This document shows, piece after piece, positions 53,324 through 60,755 of a stretch of DNA of 62,375 bases. Made by a program: the position numbers and the translations under genes. The stretch lies in IMG/VR virus record IMGVR_UViG_3300042695_000799; one strand, 5' to 3'. The notes beneath the pieces were generated by a model that saw only the letters and a list, made by a program, of their open reading frames with translations, was not told the DNA's origin and searched no databases. This DNA comes from a virus. Numbering within the stretch: the stretch's first letter is position 1; each line of letters opens with the position of its first letter.

Positions 53324-53980
53324 TCATTTAATGTTCGCTGTCAATACAGCTTCTGGGTTTTCAAAACCAAGTAGCGGCAGGAAGAAAAATGGCAAACTTT
53401 TTGCACGCATAACTTCGGCGCCTTGGATTTCATTTGTTGCCCCTGCGGCGGCCCGTGCGGCGGCCCGTGCGGCGGCCCGTGCGGCGGCCCGTGCGGCGGC
53501 CCCTGCGGCGGCCCGTGCGGCGGCCCGTGCGGCGGCCCATGCGGCGGCCCATGCGGCGTCCCGTGCGGCGGCCCCTGCGGCGGCCCATGCGGCGTCCCGT
53601 GCGGCGGCCCGTGCGGCGGCCCAGTCTTTTGCGGTCATACAGTCAAGATGCCGCCAAAATGCAAGCACCACTTGCGCCTGGTCCCCTAAAACCTGTTCGG
53701 GATTGCGAATGACGCTAGTAGGCGCACCATCTTGTCTGTCATTGACAATTCGCAGCAGCACTGAGTGTGAGCGACTGATACTAAACAACTCGGCAACACG
53801 TTTATCTGCTTTTTCTTGTTCAAGGTTGTTTAGATCATCAGCAGACATGCCGTCAAGAAAATGCAGCGCCTGACCTTGCGCGCACATGCAAGAGCCATCA
53901 TCGCTAACGAGACTCCCTTTGAATGGGATACTGCCGGGCCAGTAGTCCAGCAATTCTTCAACTGTGGCTGGGGTGGTCAT
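53324..53980 (-). CDS. hypothetical protein with a C-terminal (AARA)n / DAAWAAA helical repeat
   Basis: WAAARAAARDAAWAAAGAAARDAAWAAAWAAARAAARAAAGAAARAAARAAARAAARAAAGA. Confidence 0.6.
   Translation of the reverse strand: MTTPATVEELLDYWPGSIPFKGSLVSDDGSCMCAQGQALHFLDGMSADDLNNLEQEKADKRVAELFSISRSHSVLLRIVNDRQDGAPTSVIRNPEQVLGDQAQVVLAFWRHLDCMTAKDWAAARAAARDAAWAAAGAAARDAAWAAAWAAARAAARAAAGAAARAAARAAARAAARAAAGATNEIQGAEVMRAKSLPFFFLPLLGFENPEAVLTANIK
53443..53622. repeat. 15 tandem copies of a 12-bp unit NTGCGGCGGCCC
   Basis: Counted units from 53443 to 53622; variants at the first base and G>T in two units. Confidence 0.9.
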
Positions 53981-54009
53981 GGGGGTTGGAGTATAGTGGG
54001 ATAAAAGAA

Positions 54010-54258
54010 TTAGCGCCTTCTGGTTGCGGTTGAAATGGTACCGTAACCGGAACCGGAACCGGAACCGTCACCGTAACCGTAACCGTCACCGTAACCGTAA
54101 CCGTAACCGGAACCGTCACCGTAACCGTAACCGTAACCGGAACCGTCACCGTAACCGTAACCGGAACCGTCACCGTAACCGGAACCGTAACCGTCACCGT
54201 CACCGTCACCGTAACCGTCACCGTCACCGATCGGCCTGACTACTTGGATGGGTGTCAT
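54010..54258 (-). CDS. Gly/Tyr/Asp/Ser low-complexity protein (82 aa)
   Basis: MTPIQVVRPIGDGDGYGDGDGDGYGSGYGDGSGYGYGDGSGYGYGYGDGSGYGYGYGDGYGYGDGSGSGSGYG...; TGATG junction with the upstream gene selects this frame. Confidence 0.5.
   Translation of the reverse strand: MTPIQVVRPIGDGDGYGDGDGDGYGSGYGDGSGYGYGDGSGYGYGYGDGSGYGYGYGDGYGYGDGSGSGSGYGTISTATRRR
54039..54229. repeat. Hexanucleotide-based repeat tract (ACCGTA/ACCGTC/ACCGGA units, about 190 bp)
   Basis: Direct reading; several overlapping frames stay open across the tract. Confidence 0.85.
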
Positions 54259-54590
54259 CACAATCCCCATCCTTGAGGAACAGGAACCATGAACAGCACG
54301 GACCCAGCTGGCACAATTACGGGATAGGGCATGGCTACAATTGTGGCCTTGCTTGATTTTGGGTCTGCTAGTACACCTTCAAACCCAATAGATTCGTAAC
54401 GCCGTAAGTTCACGGCATCGGCTAATGTGTACTGCCCATCGGAGAGGGACCAATCGCCGGCATAAATAAAGCCGCGATCAATTACGAATACAGCCCTTGT
54501 TCCCGCTGGCAAGGTTGTTGGGCTTGCGGCGGTTTCTGGCACGTACTTAACGCCGTTGATGTCAAGTGTTTGGTAGGGGGTGTTGGTCAT
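54258..54590 (-). CDS. hypothetical protein, first gene of the leftward block
   Basis: ORF track. Confidence 0.55.
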   Translation of the reverse strand: MTNTPYQTLDINGVKYVPETAASPTTLPAGTRAVFVIDRGFIYAGDWSLSDGQYTLADAVNLRRYESIGFEGVLADPKSSKATIVAMPYPVIVPAGSVLFMVPVPQGWGL

Positions 54591-54635
54591 AAGAAACGGG
54601 GCGGGATTGAGCGCCCTCTGGGGGTGCCTGCAGGG

Positions 54636-54664
54636 AGACTAGCATGGAGTGTACGCGGTTGCAA
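54636..54664 (-). promoter_or_regulatory. Candidate leftward promoter (TTGCAA, 17 nt, TAGTCT)
   Basis: Minus strand: TTGCAA 54664-54659, TAGTCT 54641-54636; about 45 nt upstream of the ATG at 54590. Confidence 0.3.
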
Positions 54665-54708
54665 GCGGATGGGCTATGGTTGCGGACAAGTCGCCCCCAT
54701 CGAACCCG

Positions 54709-54864
54709 ATGCAGACCTTCACCATGCGCCTCAGTCCGCGCATCCTGCAGTGGATTGACACCCAGCGGGAGCAGGAGGAATCCCGCTCCAGCGTGGTCCG
54801 CAGAACGCTGATCGCAGCCATGAAGGAGCAGGCCCAGGGCGGCGAGGCGGGCCGTGCCGATTGA
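54709..54864 (+). CDS. ribbon-helix-helix (CopG/Arc-like) regulator
   Basis: MQTFTMRLSPRILQWIDTQREQEESRSSVVRRTLIAAM (beta strand, helix, helix pattern); internal ATG of ORF 54649. Confidence 0.55.
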   Translation: MQTFTMRLSPRILQWIDTQREQEESRSSVVRRTLIAAMKEQAQGGEAGRAD

Positions 54865-57508
54865 TGACACTCGCAAGCTCGCCAATGGGAAATGGTTTGA
54901 AATCTTAACAAAACTTGGGGGAATAGATTCAGGTTTTCTTCAGGATCGGCATGGGCCATGTCCTTTGTGCGCTGGCGAGGATCGCTGGCGCTGGGATGAC
55001 CGAGATGGCGATGGCGGTGGATTTTGTAATCGCTGCGGAGGGAAGCGGGAATCTGGTGGCGCAATAAGTGGCTTTGATCTTTTGATGCGCTCCAAGAACT
55101 GGAGTTTTAAGGAAGCAGTTAATGAAGTAACACAGTTCGTAGGTGACGCAGTGGCTTCAGCAACAACCAAGAAGCCGCGAAAGCCCGCCAGAATCCCCGA
55201 AAAACCACCGATTGACGCTTTGCCGCCCGCACTGGGTCGAGCGGTTGCGCAGTGGTGCTTAAGGGATCTCAATGGTGAGCAACTTTACTGGATGCAACGA
55301 TACGAAGATGCCAGTAAGCCGGATAAACGCGGCAAGCCAAAGAAAACCCTTGTTCACCGCACTTGGCTTGATGGCGGCTGGCATTTCCCGAAACGCACTG
55401 ATCCGTTTACATCGGAGTGGCCATCGCCTAGACCGTTGCTTGGGCAGCATGAATTAAAACGTAGGCCGGATGCGCCCGTTTTAGTGGTTGAGGGTGAAAC
55501 AAGTTACGATGCTGCTTGTCTTTTGTTTCCACAGCATGTAATAATTACGTGGTCAAACGGATCTAAAAACGTTGGCCACGTTGATTGGTCACCGCTGGCT
55601 GGGCGCTCCGTTACGATTTGGCCCGACAATGATGACGACGGGAAGCAGTGTACCGCCAAGTTGATAGGAATACTGCAGGCTTTAGGTAGTGAGCATATCG
55701 CGGCTGTCAATCCGCCGCCAGATTCCCCGGCTGGCTGGGATTTAGCTGATGCGGGGGATTGGGATGAAGGGATGGCGGCTGAGTATTTGGCGGCAAACAC
55801 GGGTGAGGCTGGGGGTGGAGAGCCGCCTGATAGCCCACCTGAACCGCCGCAGCAGCCCAGTAATGGCGACACCAGGTCCAAGCGTCCGTTTGGATTGCTG
55901 GGATTTGCTGGCGACAACTTTTATTATCAACCGGATGAATCTGGACAGGTAACAATTATTGCAAGAGTAAAGCATACTGCGGTTAACATGCTTGGACTTG
56001 CACGGCTTTCGTATTGGTCTAAAGAATATCCACGTTTTGATAAAAACGGAAGTTATCTAGGGATTGACTGGCAAGCTGCTTTTGATGATTTATTTGCGTC
56101 TCAGTACCGTGTTGGATTTTTTGATCCTGACCGGGTGCGTGGCCTGGGTGCTTGGTGGGACAATGGCCGAGTTGTGCTTCATCTTGGCGATCGACTTATT
56201 GTTGACGGGGGCGTTCATTATTTAAGTAAACCATTTGAATCAAATTACTGTTACCAACGTCTACGCCGCCTTGAAGGTCCAGGTAACGCCAAACCACTTG
56301 AAGACCATGAATCATCTCAGATACTGGAAATTGCGTCATGTTTCCAATGGGAGGAGCCATCGTCAGCGTTTCTGCTTTCGGGCTGGCTGACGCTTGCTCC
56401 AATTTGCGGCAGCCTTGCCTGGCGTCCGCACGCATGGTTAACCGCTGCATCGGGGGCTGGCAAGTCAACAATCCTTGAGCGCTTTGTTGGGGTACTTGTC
56501 GGTGATATGTTCATTCAGCCGGAAGGCGGCGCTACTGAGCCAGGTATTCGGCAGGAGTTAATGTCATCTGCCGTGGCGGTAGTGCTTGACGAAGCGGAAA
56601 CCAATAAAGAAAAGGATAAGTCGCGTATTCAGTCCATACTTGATTTCGCTAGATCCTGCAGCTCGGAGGGGAAGGGCAGGATTATGAAGGGCAGCGCTGA
56701 TCAGACCGGCGCTAAAAAGTTTACAGCTAGGGCGATGTTTTTAATGTCTTCAGTTGCTACAGCACTTAAGGAGGGTGCTGATAAATCGCGTTTTACCCAG
56801 CTTACTTTGCGTAAGAACGAAAAACTTACACAGGCGCAGGCTACTGAACGCTGGTTGGAGTTGGATCGAGTTTTGCGCGCTACCATAACAGAGGAGTTTG
56901 CATTGCGTTTAATCGCTCGCACTGTTAACTTAATCCCAATGATCAGGGAGGCCGCGCAGGTTTTTGCGATTGCAGCGGCGGAGCACCTTGGCACGCAACG
57001 GCTTGGCGATCAATATGGCGCTTTGATGGCTGGTGCGTGGTCGCTTACGTCTCAAGCGGTGCCGACCTTGGACGAGGCGCGCGACTGGCTTAGGTCCAAT
57101 CCTCTTACAGCTCAGGCGGAGGGCTCTGAAGTTGAAGATGAAAAATCCTGCCTGCAGACCATATTAGAGCACCAGATCAGGGTGGATATTGATGGTGGCG
57201 CCAAAAATCGTACTGTGCTTGGGTTGCTGAAAATCATTCAAAGCGGCTTACTGGTGGGGGAAGAGGGCATTGACGAACCAAAGGCAACCAAGGCTTTGGG
57301 GCGCATCGGCATCGCTGTTCGGGATGATCGGCTGGAGATTTCTAACACGGCCAAGGGGTTGAAGCGTCTTTTACGGGATACACCTTGGGAATCGTGCTGG
57401 CCAACGGTGCTTGGCCGGATGAACGGTGCCTCTAAGCCAGGCCCCGTTTGGTTCCCAGAAATCGGCACTTCACGCGCAACGTCCTTGCCTATGCCCGCGC
57501 TGAGATAG
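54854..57508 (+). CDS. Primase-helicase (zinc-binding domain, Toprim, P-loop helicase)
   Basis: CPLCAGEDRWRWDD...CNRCGG; VLVVEGETSYDAA and IWPDNDDDG (Toprim); AASGAGKST Walker A, AVVLDEAE Walker B. Confidence 0.85.
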   Translation: MPIDDTRKLANGKWFEILTKLGGIDSGFLQDRHGPCPLCAGEDRWRWDDRDGDGGGFCNRCGGKRESGGAISGFDLLMRSKNWSFKEAVNEVTQFVGDAVASATTKKPRKPARIPEKPPIDALPPALGRAVAQWCLRDLNGEQLYWMQRYEDASKPDKRGKPKKTLVHRTWLDGGWHFPKRTDPFTSEWPSPRPLLGQHELKRRPDAPVLVVEGETSYDAACLLFPQHVIITWSNGSKNVGHVDWSPLAGRSVTIWPDNDDDGKQCTAKLIGILQALGSEHIAAVNPPPDSPAGWDLADAGDWDEGMAAEYLAANTGEAGGGEPPDSPPEPPQQPSNGDTRSKRPFGLLGFAGDNFYYQPDESGQVTIIARVKHTAVNMLGLARLSYWSKEYPRFDKNGSYLGIDWQAAFDDLFASQYRVGFFDPDRVRGLGAWWDNGRVVLHLGDRLIVDGGVHYLSKPFESNYCYQRLRRLEGPGNAKPLEDHESSQILEIASCFQWEEPSSAFLLSGWLTLAPICGSLAWRPHAWLTAASGAGKSTILERFVGVLVGDMFIQPEGGATEPGIRQELMSSAVAVVLDEAETNKEKDKSRIQSILDFARSCSSEGKGRIMKGSADQTGAKKFTARAMFLMSSVATALKEGADKSRFTQLTLRKNEKLTQAQATERWLELDRVLRATITEEFALRLIARTVNLIPMIREAAQVFAIAAAEHLGTQRLGDQYGALMAGAWSLTSQAVPTLDEARDWLRSNPLTAQAEGSEVEDEKSCLQTILEHQIRVDIDGGAKNRTVLGLLKIIQSGLLVGEEGIDEPKATKALGRIGIAVRDDRLEISNTAKGLKRLLRDTPWESCWPTVLGRMNGASKPGPVWFPEIGTSRATSLPMPALR

Positions 57509-57575
57509 GCGGTTTTTGTATCAAGCTGATACTAACGGTCGAGCCTTTTCTGGGGCACCGTTAGGCGTTCGTTAT

Positions 57576-57772
57576 GCCGAGATCCACTGCAGCGCAAGGC
57601 TTCTGACGGTCATAACGGCCTAACGGTCGCCGCATGAGAGATATATAGGGACCAATGGGAACCCCTTAAGCAAGGAACCCCTGTATAGCCCCCCTTACTT
57701 ACTTACTTACTTATATTTCTGTGTTATGAGTGTTAGAGTGTTAGGAAGCCTGTAGTACCAGTGGATCTCGGC
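57576..57772. repeat. 14-bp perfect inverted repeat GCCGAGATCCACTG / CAGTGGATCTCGGC flanking about 170 bp
   Basis: 57576-57589 and 57759-57772. Confidence 0.9.
57694..57713. repeat. (CTTA)x5 microsatellite
   Basis: cttacttacttacttactta read at 57694-57713. Confidence 0.95.
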
Positions 57773-57887
57773 CTAACGGTGGCGTTAGGGGGCCGTTAGG
57801 AGTCGCGGGGAACCGTTTGGCCCAGCGCCCTTGACAAACCGCGCCCATAAATGCGAACATGGAACCGGACCCACCCTGTTTTGTTTT

Positions 57888-58142
57888 ATGCCTGCTCTGC
57901 TACCTCCACCCGAAAGGGATCCAGATGGATCTGAGTTAATGGATTCTCTTCGTGCTCGCATCGGGCCAGGTAAATACCATTCAGTTTTAAGCAGTGCAAG
58001 AGATGCCCAATACCATGATGCAGTAACTGAAGTTAATGAACTTTTAGAAAATCGCCGCAACTCTGGTGGCTGTTCCACGCAGGAACTGGAACAACTGGAA
58101 GCAATCGCCCGTGACTTGCAATCCTTGGCGAGGGGGTTCTGA
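57888..58142 (+). CDS. hypothetical protein (start MPALLPPP)
   Basis: Internal ATG of ORF 57831; TGATG junction with dnaN. Confidence 0.45.
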   Translation: MPALLPPPERDPDGSELMDSLRARIGPGKYHSVLSSARDAQYHDAVTEVNELLENRRNSGGCSTQELEQLEAIARDLQSLARGF

Positions 58143-59296
58143 TGGGGCTCGATGTCACACTGCCCCAGGACCGGCTAGAAGCCGTTTTAAGGGCCGCCGG
58201 TAGGGCCGTGTCCGCTCGGGCGCCTCAACCCGTGCTCGCGGGGCTCCTGCTTACGGCTGGCGAGGGGCGACTGAGTGCCACTGGGTACGACCTAGCGCTG
58301 GGCGTGCTCTCTCAGGTGCCCGCTGTGGTCGCCGAGGTGGGCTCAGTGGTTGCGCCTAGCCGGATGCTTGCGGCGCTAGTTGGGACGCTGCCAGCAGGCT
58401 CCATGGTGCGTCTCCAGGACTCGGGGACCGGCGCGTTGGCGATTGAGGCTGGCGAAGGCCGGTATTCAATTGCATTGTCATATGAGCCCGAGGATTACCC
58501 TGTACTGCCAACAATTGCGGCTGTCGAGCCATTTGGCTTGCCATTTGGGCAGGTTAAGCGGGCTCTAAATGCTGTTTTGTATGCTTGTGGTAAAGAAGAA
58601 TTTCAACAGCTTTTACAAGGTGTTGAAATTTGCCGAACCGGAACCGATCTGCGTTTAACTGGAGGAATCAATTCACGCAGTAGTATCTTTGAATTACCAG
58701 GAATCCTTGAGACTGGCAAGGATGCGTCATTTGTAATTCCAGGACCGGCGGCAAAAGAGTTATTAAAGCTAGGACTGGCTGACGACGATTTATTGTTGAT
58801 CTCACACACTAATAGTTTTGCTTGTTTTGATGCAAGCGATACAGTCATTATTACCAATTTAATGGCTGGAGCTTACCCACCATTTTACAGTGTTGTTCCA
58901 GGCAACTGTAACACTGAAATAATTTGCGACCGGCAAGCAGCGATTTCAGCAATTGAACGAGTTTCGGTCGTGGCCGCCGCCGAGACTGGCAAGATTGCAT
59001 TTACTTACAACTCCAGAACTGGCGACGCTTCAATCAGTGTAGCAAACGGCGCGGGTTCTGCCGCCGATTTAATTGCAACTGAAACTGGAAGCAAGGGTGA
59101 AGATTTTAGCGTGGTTTTTAATTCAACTTTCATCCTAGACGCATTGCGCCACGCTGAAGCTAAATTGATTTCAATCTCATTTAATGAAAACAAACTGACT
59201 AAAGACGGGTTAGAAGCTAAATTGATTAAGATTTCTCCAGTCGGCATGGCATTACACAATCAATTGGTAGCAACGATCGGGCAGCCTGCCACGTAG
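58142..59296 (+). CDS. dnaN: DNA polymerase III beta sliding clamp
   Basis: 384 aa; LEAVLRAAGRAVSARAPQPVLAGLLLTAGEGRLSATGYDLALG typical DnaN N-terminus. Confidence 0.85.
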   Translation: MGLDVTLPQDRLEAVLRAAGRAVSARAPQPVLAGLLLTAGEGRLSATGYDLALGVLSQVPAVVAEVGSVVAPSRMLAALVGTLPAGSMVRLQDSGTGALAIEAGEGRYSIALSYEPEDYPVLPTIAAVEPFGLPFGQVKRALNAVLYACGKEEFQQLLQGVEICRTGTDLRLTGGINSRSSIFELPGILETGKDASFVIPGPAAKELLKLGLADDDLLLISHTNSFACFDASDTVIITNLMAGAYPPFYSVVPGNCNTEIICDRQAAISAIERVSVVAAAETGKIAFTYNSRTGDASISVANGAGSAADLIATETGSKGEDFSVVFNSTFILDALRHAEAKLISISFNENKLTKDGLEAKLIKISPVGMALHNQLVATIGQPAT

Positions 59297-59336
59297 CAAC
59301 TGTTGCAGTTTGCGAACTGGCACCGTGAACTGTTGA
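59296..59336. promoter_or_regulatory. Palindrome GCAACtGTTGC plus a second GAACTGTTGA box (operator-like)
   Basis: 59296-59306 and 59327-59336, also cgaactgg at 59313. Confidence 0.35.
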
Positions 59337-59391
59337 CGGTTCCCGGTGCGTGGGTTTATGGTTGGTGCATCGGAGGCGAAGGCTTCCGACC

Positions 59392-59679
59392 ATGTTGTTT
59401 TTCTTGCTTTCAACCATGAATCAAGCCAATCGCGCAATTTTTGAATTGCATCTTACGCGAGCTTACGCTGATTTGTTTGTCAATGATAGTGAATATGCTT
59501 ATTCAGCGGCACACTGCACTCCTTCTGAATTGGCTTACAAAATGACTCTTGGCCTTGCTAAGAATGAAGCAAATAAAGACGGTGAAGGCATTAAGCGTGT
59601 TTGTAAGCTGCTTGGCATTAAATACACTTACAAAGCAATTGACGAATACTTAAATGCTCCTGAAGCAGTAGAGGCTTGA
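59392..59679 (+). CDS. hypothetical protein (start ambiguous: 59350 GTG, 59392 or 59416 ATG)
   Basis: ORF track. Confidence 0.45.
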   Translation: MLFFLLSTMNQANRAIFELHLTRAYADLFVNDSEYAYSAAHCTPSELAYKMTLGLAKNEANKDGEGIKRVCKLLGIKYTYKAIDEYLNAPEAVEA

Positions 59680-59682
59680 GCA

Positions 59683-59871
59683 ATGAACATTAACACCACT
59701 TGGGCTGAACACCACGGCACCGCCGCAGTTGAAGCCTTGATCGCACGGCACCCTAGCATTGATGCCAATGCAATTCGCGCCGATCCGCCCCCAGTAGTCC
59801 GGGGGCACACAAAGCATTCCCCCATCGCTCCCCAGCACCATGGCCTTACCCTCTCCCCCGGTCTTTCCTGA
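59683..59871 (+). CDS. hypothetical protein (62 aa)
   Basis: ORF track; ATG 4 nt after the upstream stop. Confidence 0.4.
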   Translation: MNINTTWAEHHGTAAVEALIARHPSIDANAIRADPPPVVRGHTKHSPIAPQHHGLTLSPGLS

Positions 59872-60175
59872 ATGTGTTAGCAGCGCCGCGCAAGCCCGCA
59901 AGATGGGCTTAAAGGTAGGCGACACGATTCAAAGCCTGGAAAGATGCCAAAAGTACGACTTGTACGAATGGCACGAACTCCGAATAACCCTCATTCGGAT
60001 AGACCAGTATTACACCGACTGGATTGCCAGCGAACGCGACGACCGGCAAGGCCCCTGGTCAGATCCCTACAAGACCGAAAACGTGGCTCTGTGCTGCTAC
60101 ATATGGGAGCGGGTTGATACTCCGCCTGAGCACACCGACTTCATGGATTTGGCAGACGACCACCAATCCGCCTGA
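59840..60175 (+). CDS. hypothetical protein (alternative start 59903)
   Basis: ORF track; ends ...tccgccTGAccccc at hairpin copy C. Confidence 0.5.
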   Translation: MALPSPPVFPECVSSAAQARKMGLKVGDTIQSLERCQKYDLYEWHELRITLIRIDQYYTDWIASERDDRQGPWSDPYKTENVALCCYIWERVDTPPEHTDFMDLADDHQSA

Positions 60176-60179
60176 CCCC

Positions 60180-60212
60180 CACGCCCCGCCGGGGCTTGCC
60201 CGGCAACTCATT
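60180..60212 (+). repeat. Intergenic hairpin repeat, copy C
   Basis: CACGCCCC GCCGGG-gcttg-CCCGGC AACTCATT; stem 60188-60193/60199-60204. Confidence 0.85.
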
Positions 60213-60229
60213 CCACTACATTCAAACCA

Positions 60230-60484
60230 ATGGACCTTTCCAAGAACATGCAATCCGAAACTGACATGGGCATGTGGAGGCTTGAAAATAACCTCGCGGT
60301 CTCAAGACATTGGCACGGGAAGGAAGACCGTTACAACCGACCCGGGCTGGAAGCGGCCATTCTAAACGTAAAAAACAATCGTAATTTTTACGCAACTTAT
60401 GAAGCCTATAAACGGCATTGGTTTCATCTTGAGAGGGGCCTAGGCCTTTTCAGGGCCGCCGAAGCTGCGCATCAAGCCACCTAG
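60230..60484 (+). CDS. hypothetical protein (84 aa)
   Basis: ORF track; ATG 18 nt after copy C. Confidence 0.5.
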   Translation: MDLSKNMQSETDMGMWRLENNLAVSRHWHGKEDRYNRPGLEAAILNVKNNRNFYATYEAYKRHWFHLERGLGLFRAAEAAHQAT

Positions 60485-60488
60485 CCCC

Positions 60489-60520
60489 CACGGCCCGCCG
60501 GGAGCCAATCCCGGCAACCC
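60489..60520 (+). repeat. Intergenic hairpin repeat, copy D
   Basis: CACGGCCC GCCGGGA-gccaa-TCCCGGC AACCC; 7-bp stem 60497-60503/60509-60515. Confidence 0.8.
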
Positions 60521-60581
60521 TTCCCCATCGATCTCCTGTCCATGACTTGCGTCCTTCAGTTCCTAATGGTGGAGATTGACG

Positions 60582-60755
60582 ATGCCTGACCCCATCAGTG
60601 CTGAACTGAAAACGGCTCTGAATGCCGCCCACTTTGCTTTATTGGAAGCCGCAGATCACATCCGAAGGCGTGAAGGCTGGAGCCCTGCTTACCGCCGCGC
60701 ATCGAATGCCAGTGATGTTGCACAGCAAGCTCTAATCAAGCAGGCCAATGCCTGA
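60582..60755 (+). CDS. Possible 57-aa protein (MPDPISAELKTALNAAHFALLEA...)
   Basis: Manual translation; 8-nt overlap with the next gene. Confidence 0.4.
   Translation: MPDPISAELKTALNAAHFALLEAADHIRRREGWSPAYRRASNASDVAQQALIKQANA

Larger units (their letters stand above)
57532..57800. other. Candidate replication origin: TAACGG/CCGTTA boxes, a long-range inverted repeat and an AT-rich (CTTA)5 core
   Basis: Boxes at 57532, 57557(inv), 57603, 57612, 57620, 57773, 57783(inv, imperfect), 57792(inv); located between the primase-helicase and clamp genes. Confidence 0.45.

Noticed and set aside
53331-53873. Three plus-strand ORFs (53331..53873, 53423..53689, 53434..53712) with AAR, PCGG and RRPV repeats
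   Set aside because: All are generated by the 12-bp tandem repeat, which keeps every frame open. The minus-strand frame is the only one with a normal globular N-terminal domain and proper packing in the leftward operon.
53958-54239. Alternative frames over the hexanucleotide tract: (VT)n on the minus strand and (NR)n on the plus strand
   Set aside because: These are frame artefacts of the repeat. The GY frame is preferred only because of the TGATG junction with the upstream gene and the 30-nt gap to the next one, so I flagged this as uncertain in the finding.
57831-57859. TTGACA at 57831-57836 as the -35 of a promoter for the clamp operon
   Set aside because: No TAnnnT hexamer lies 16-18 nt downstream. 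ATAAAT is only 10 nt away.
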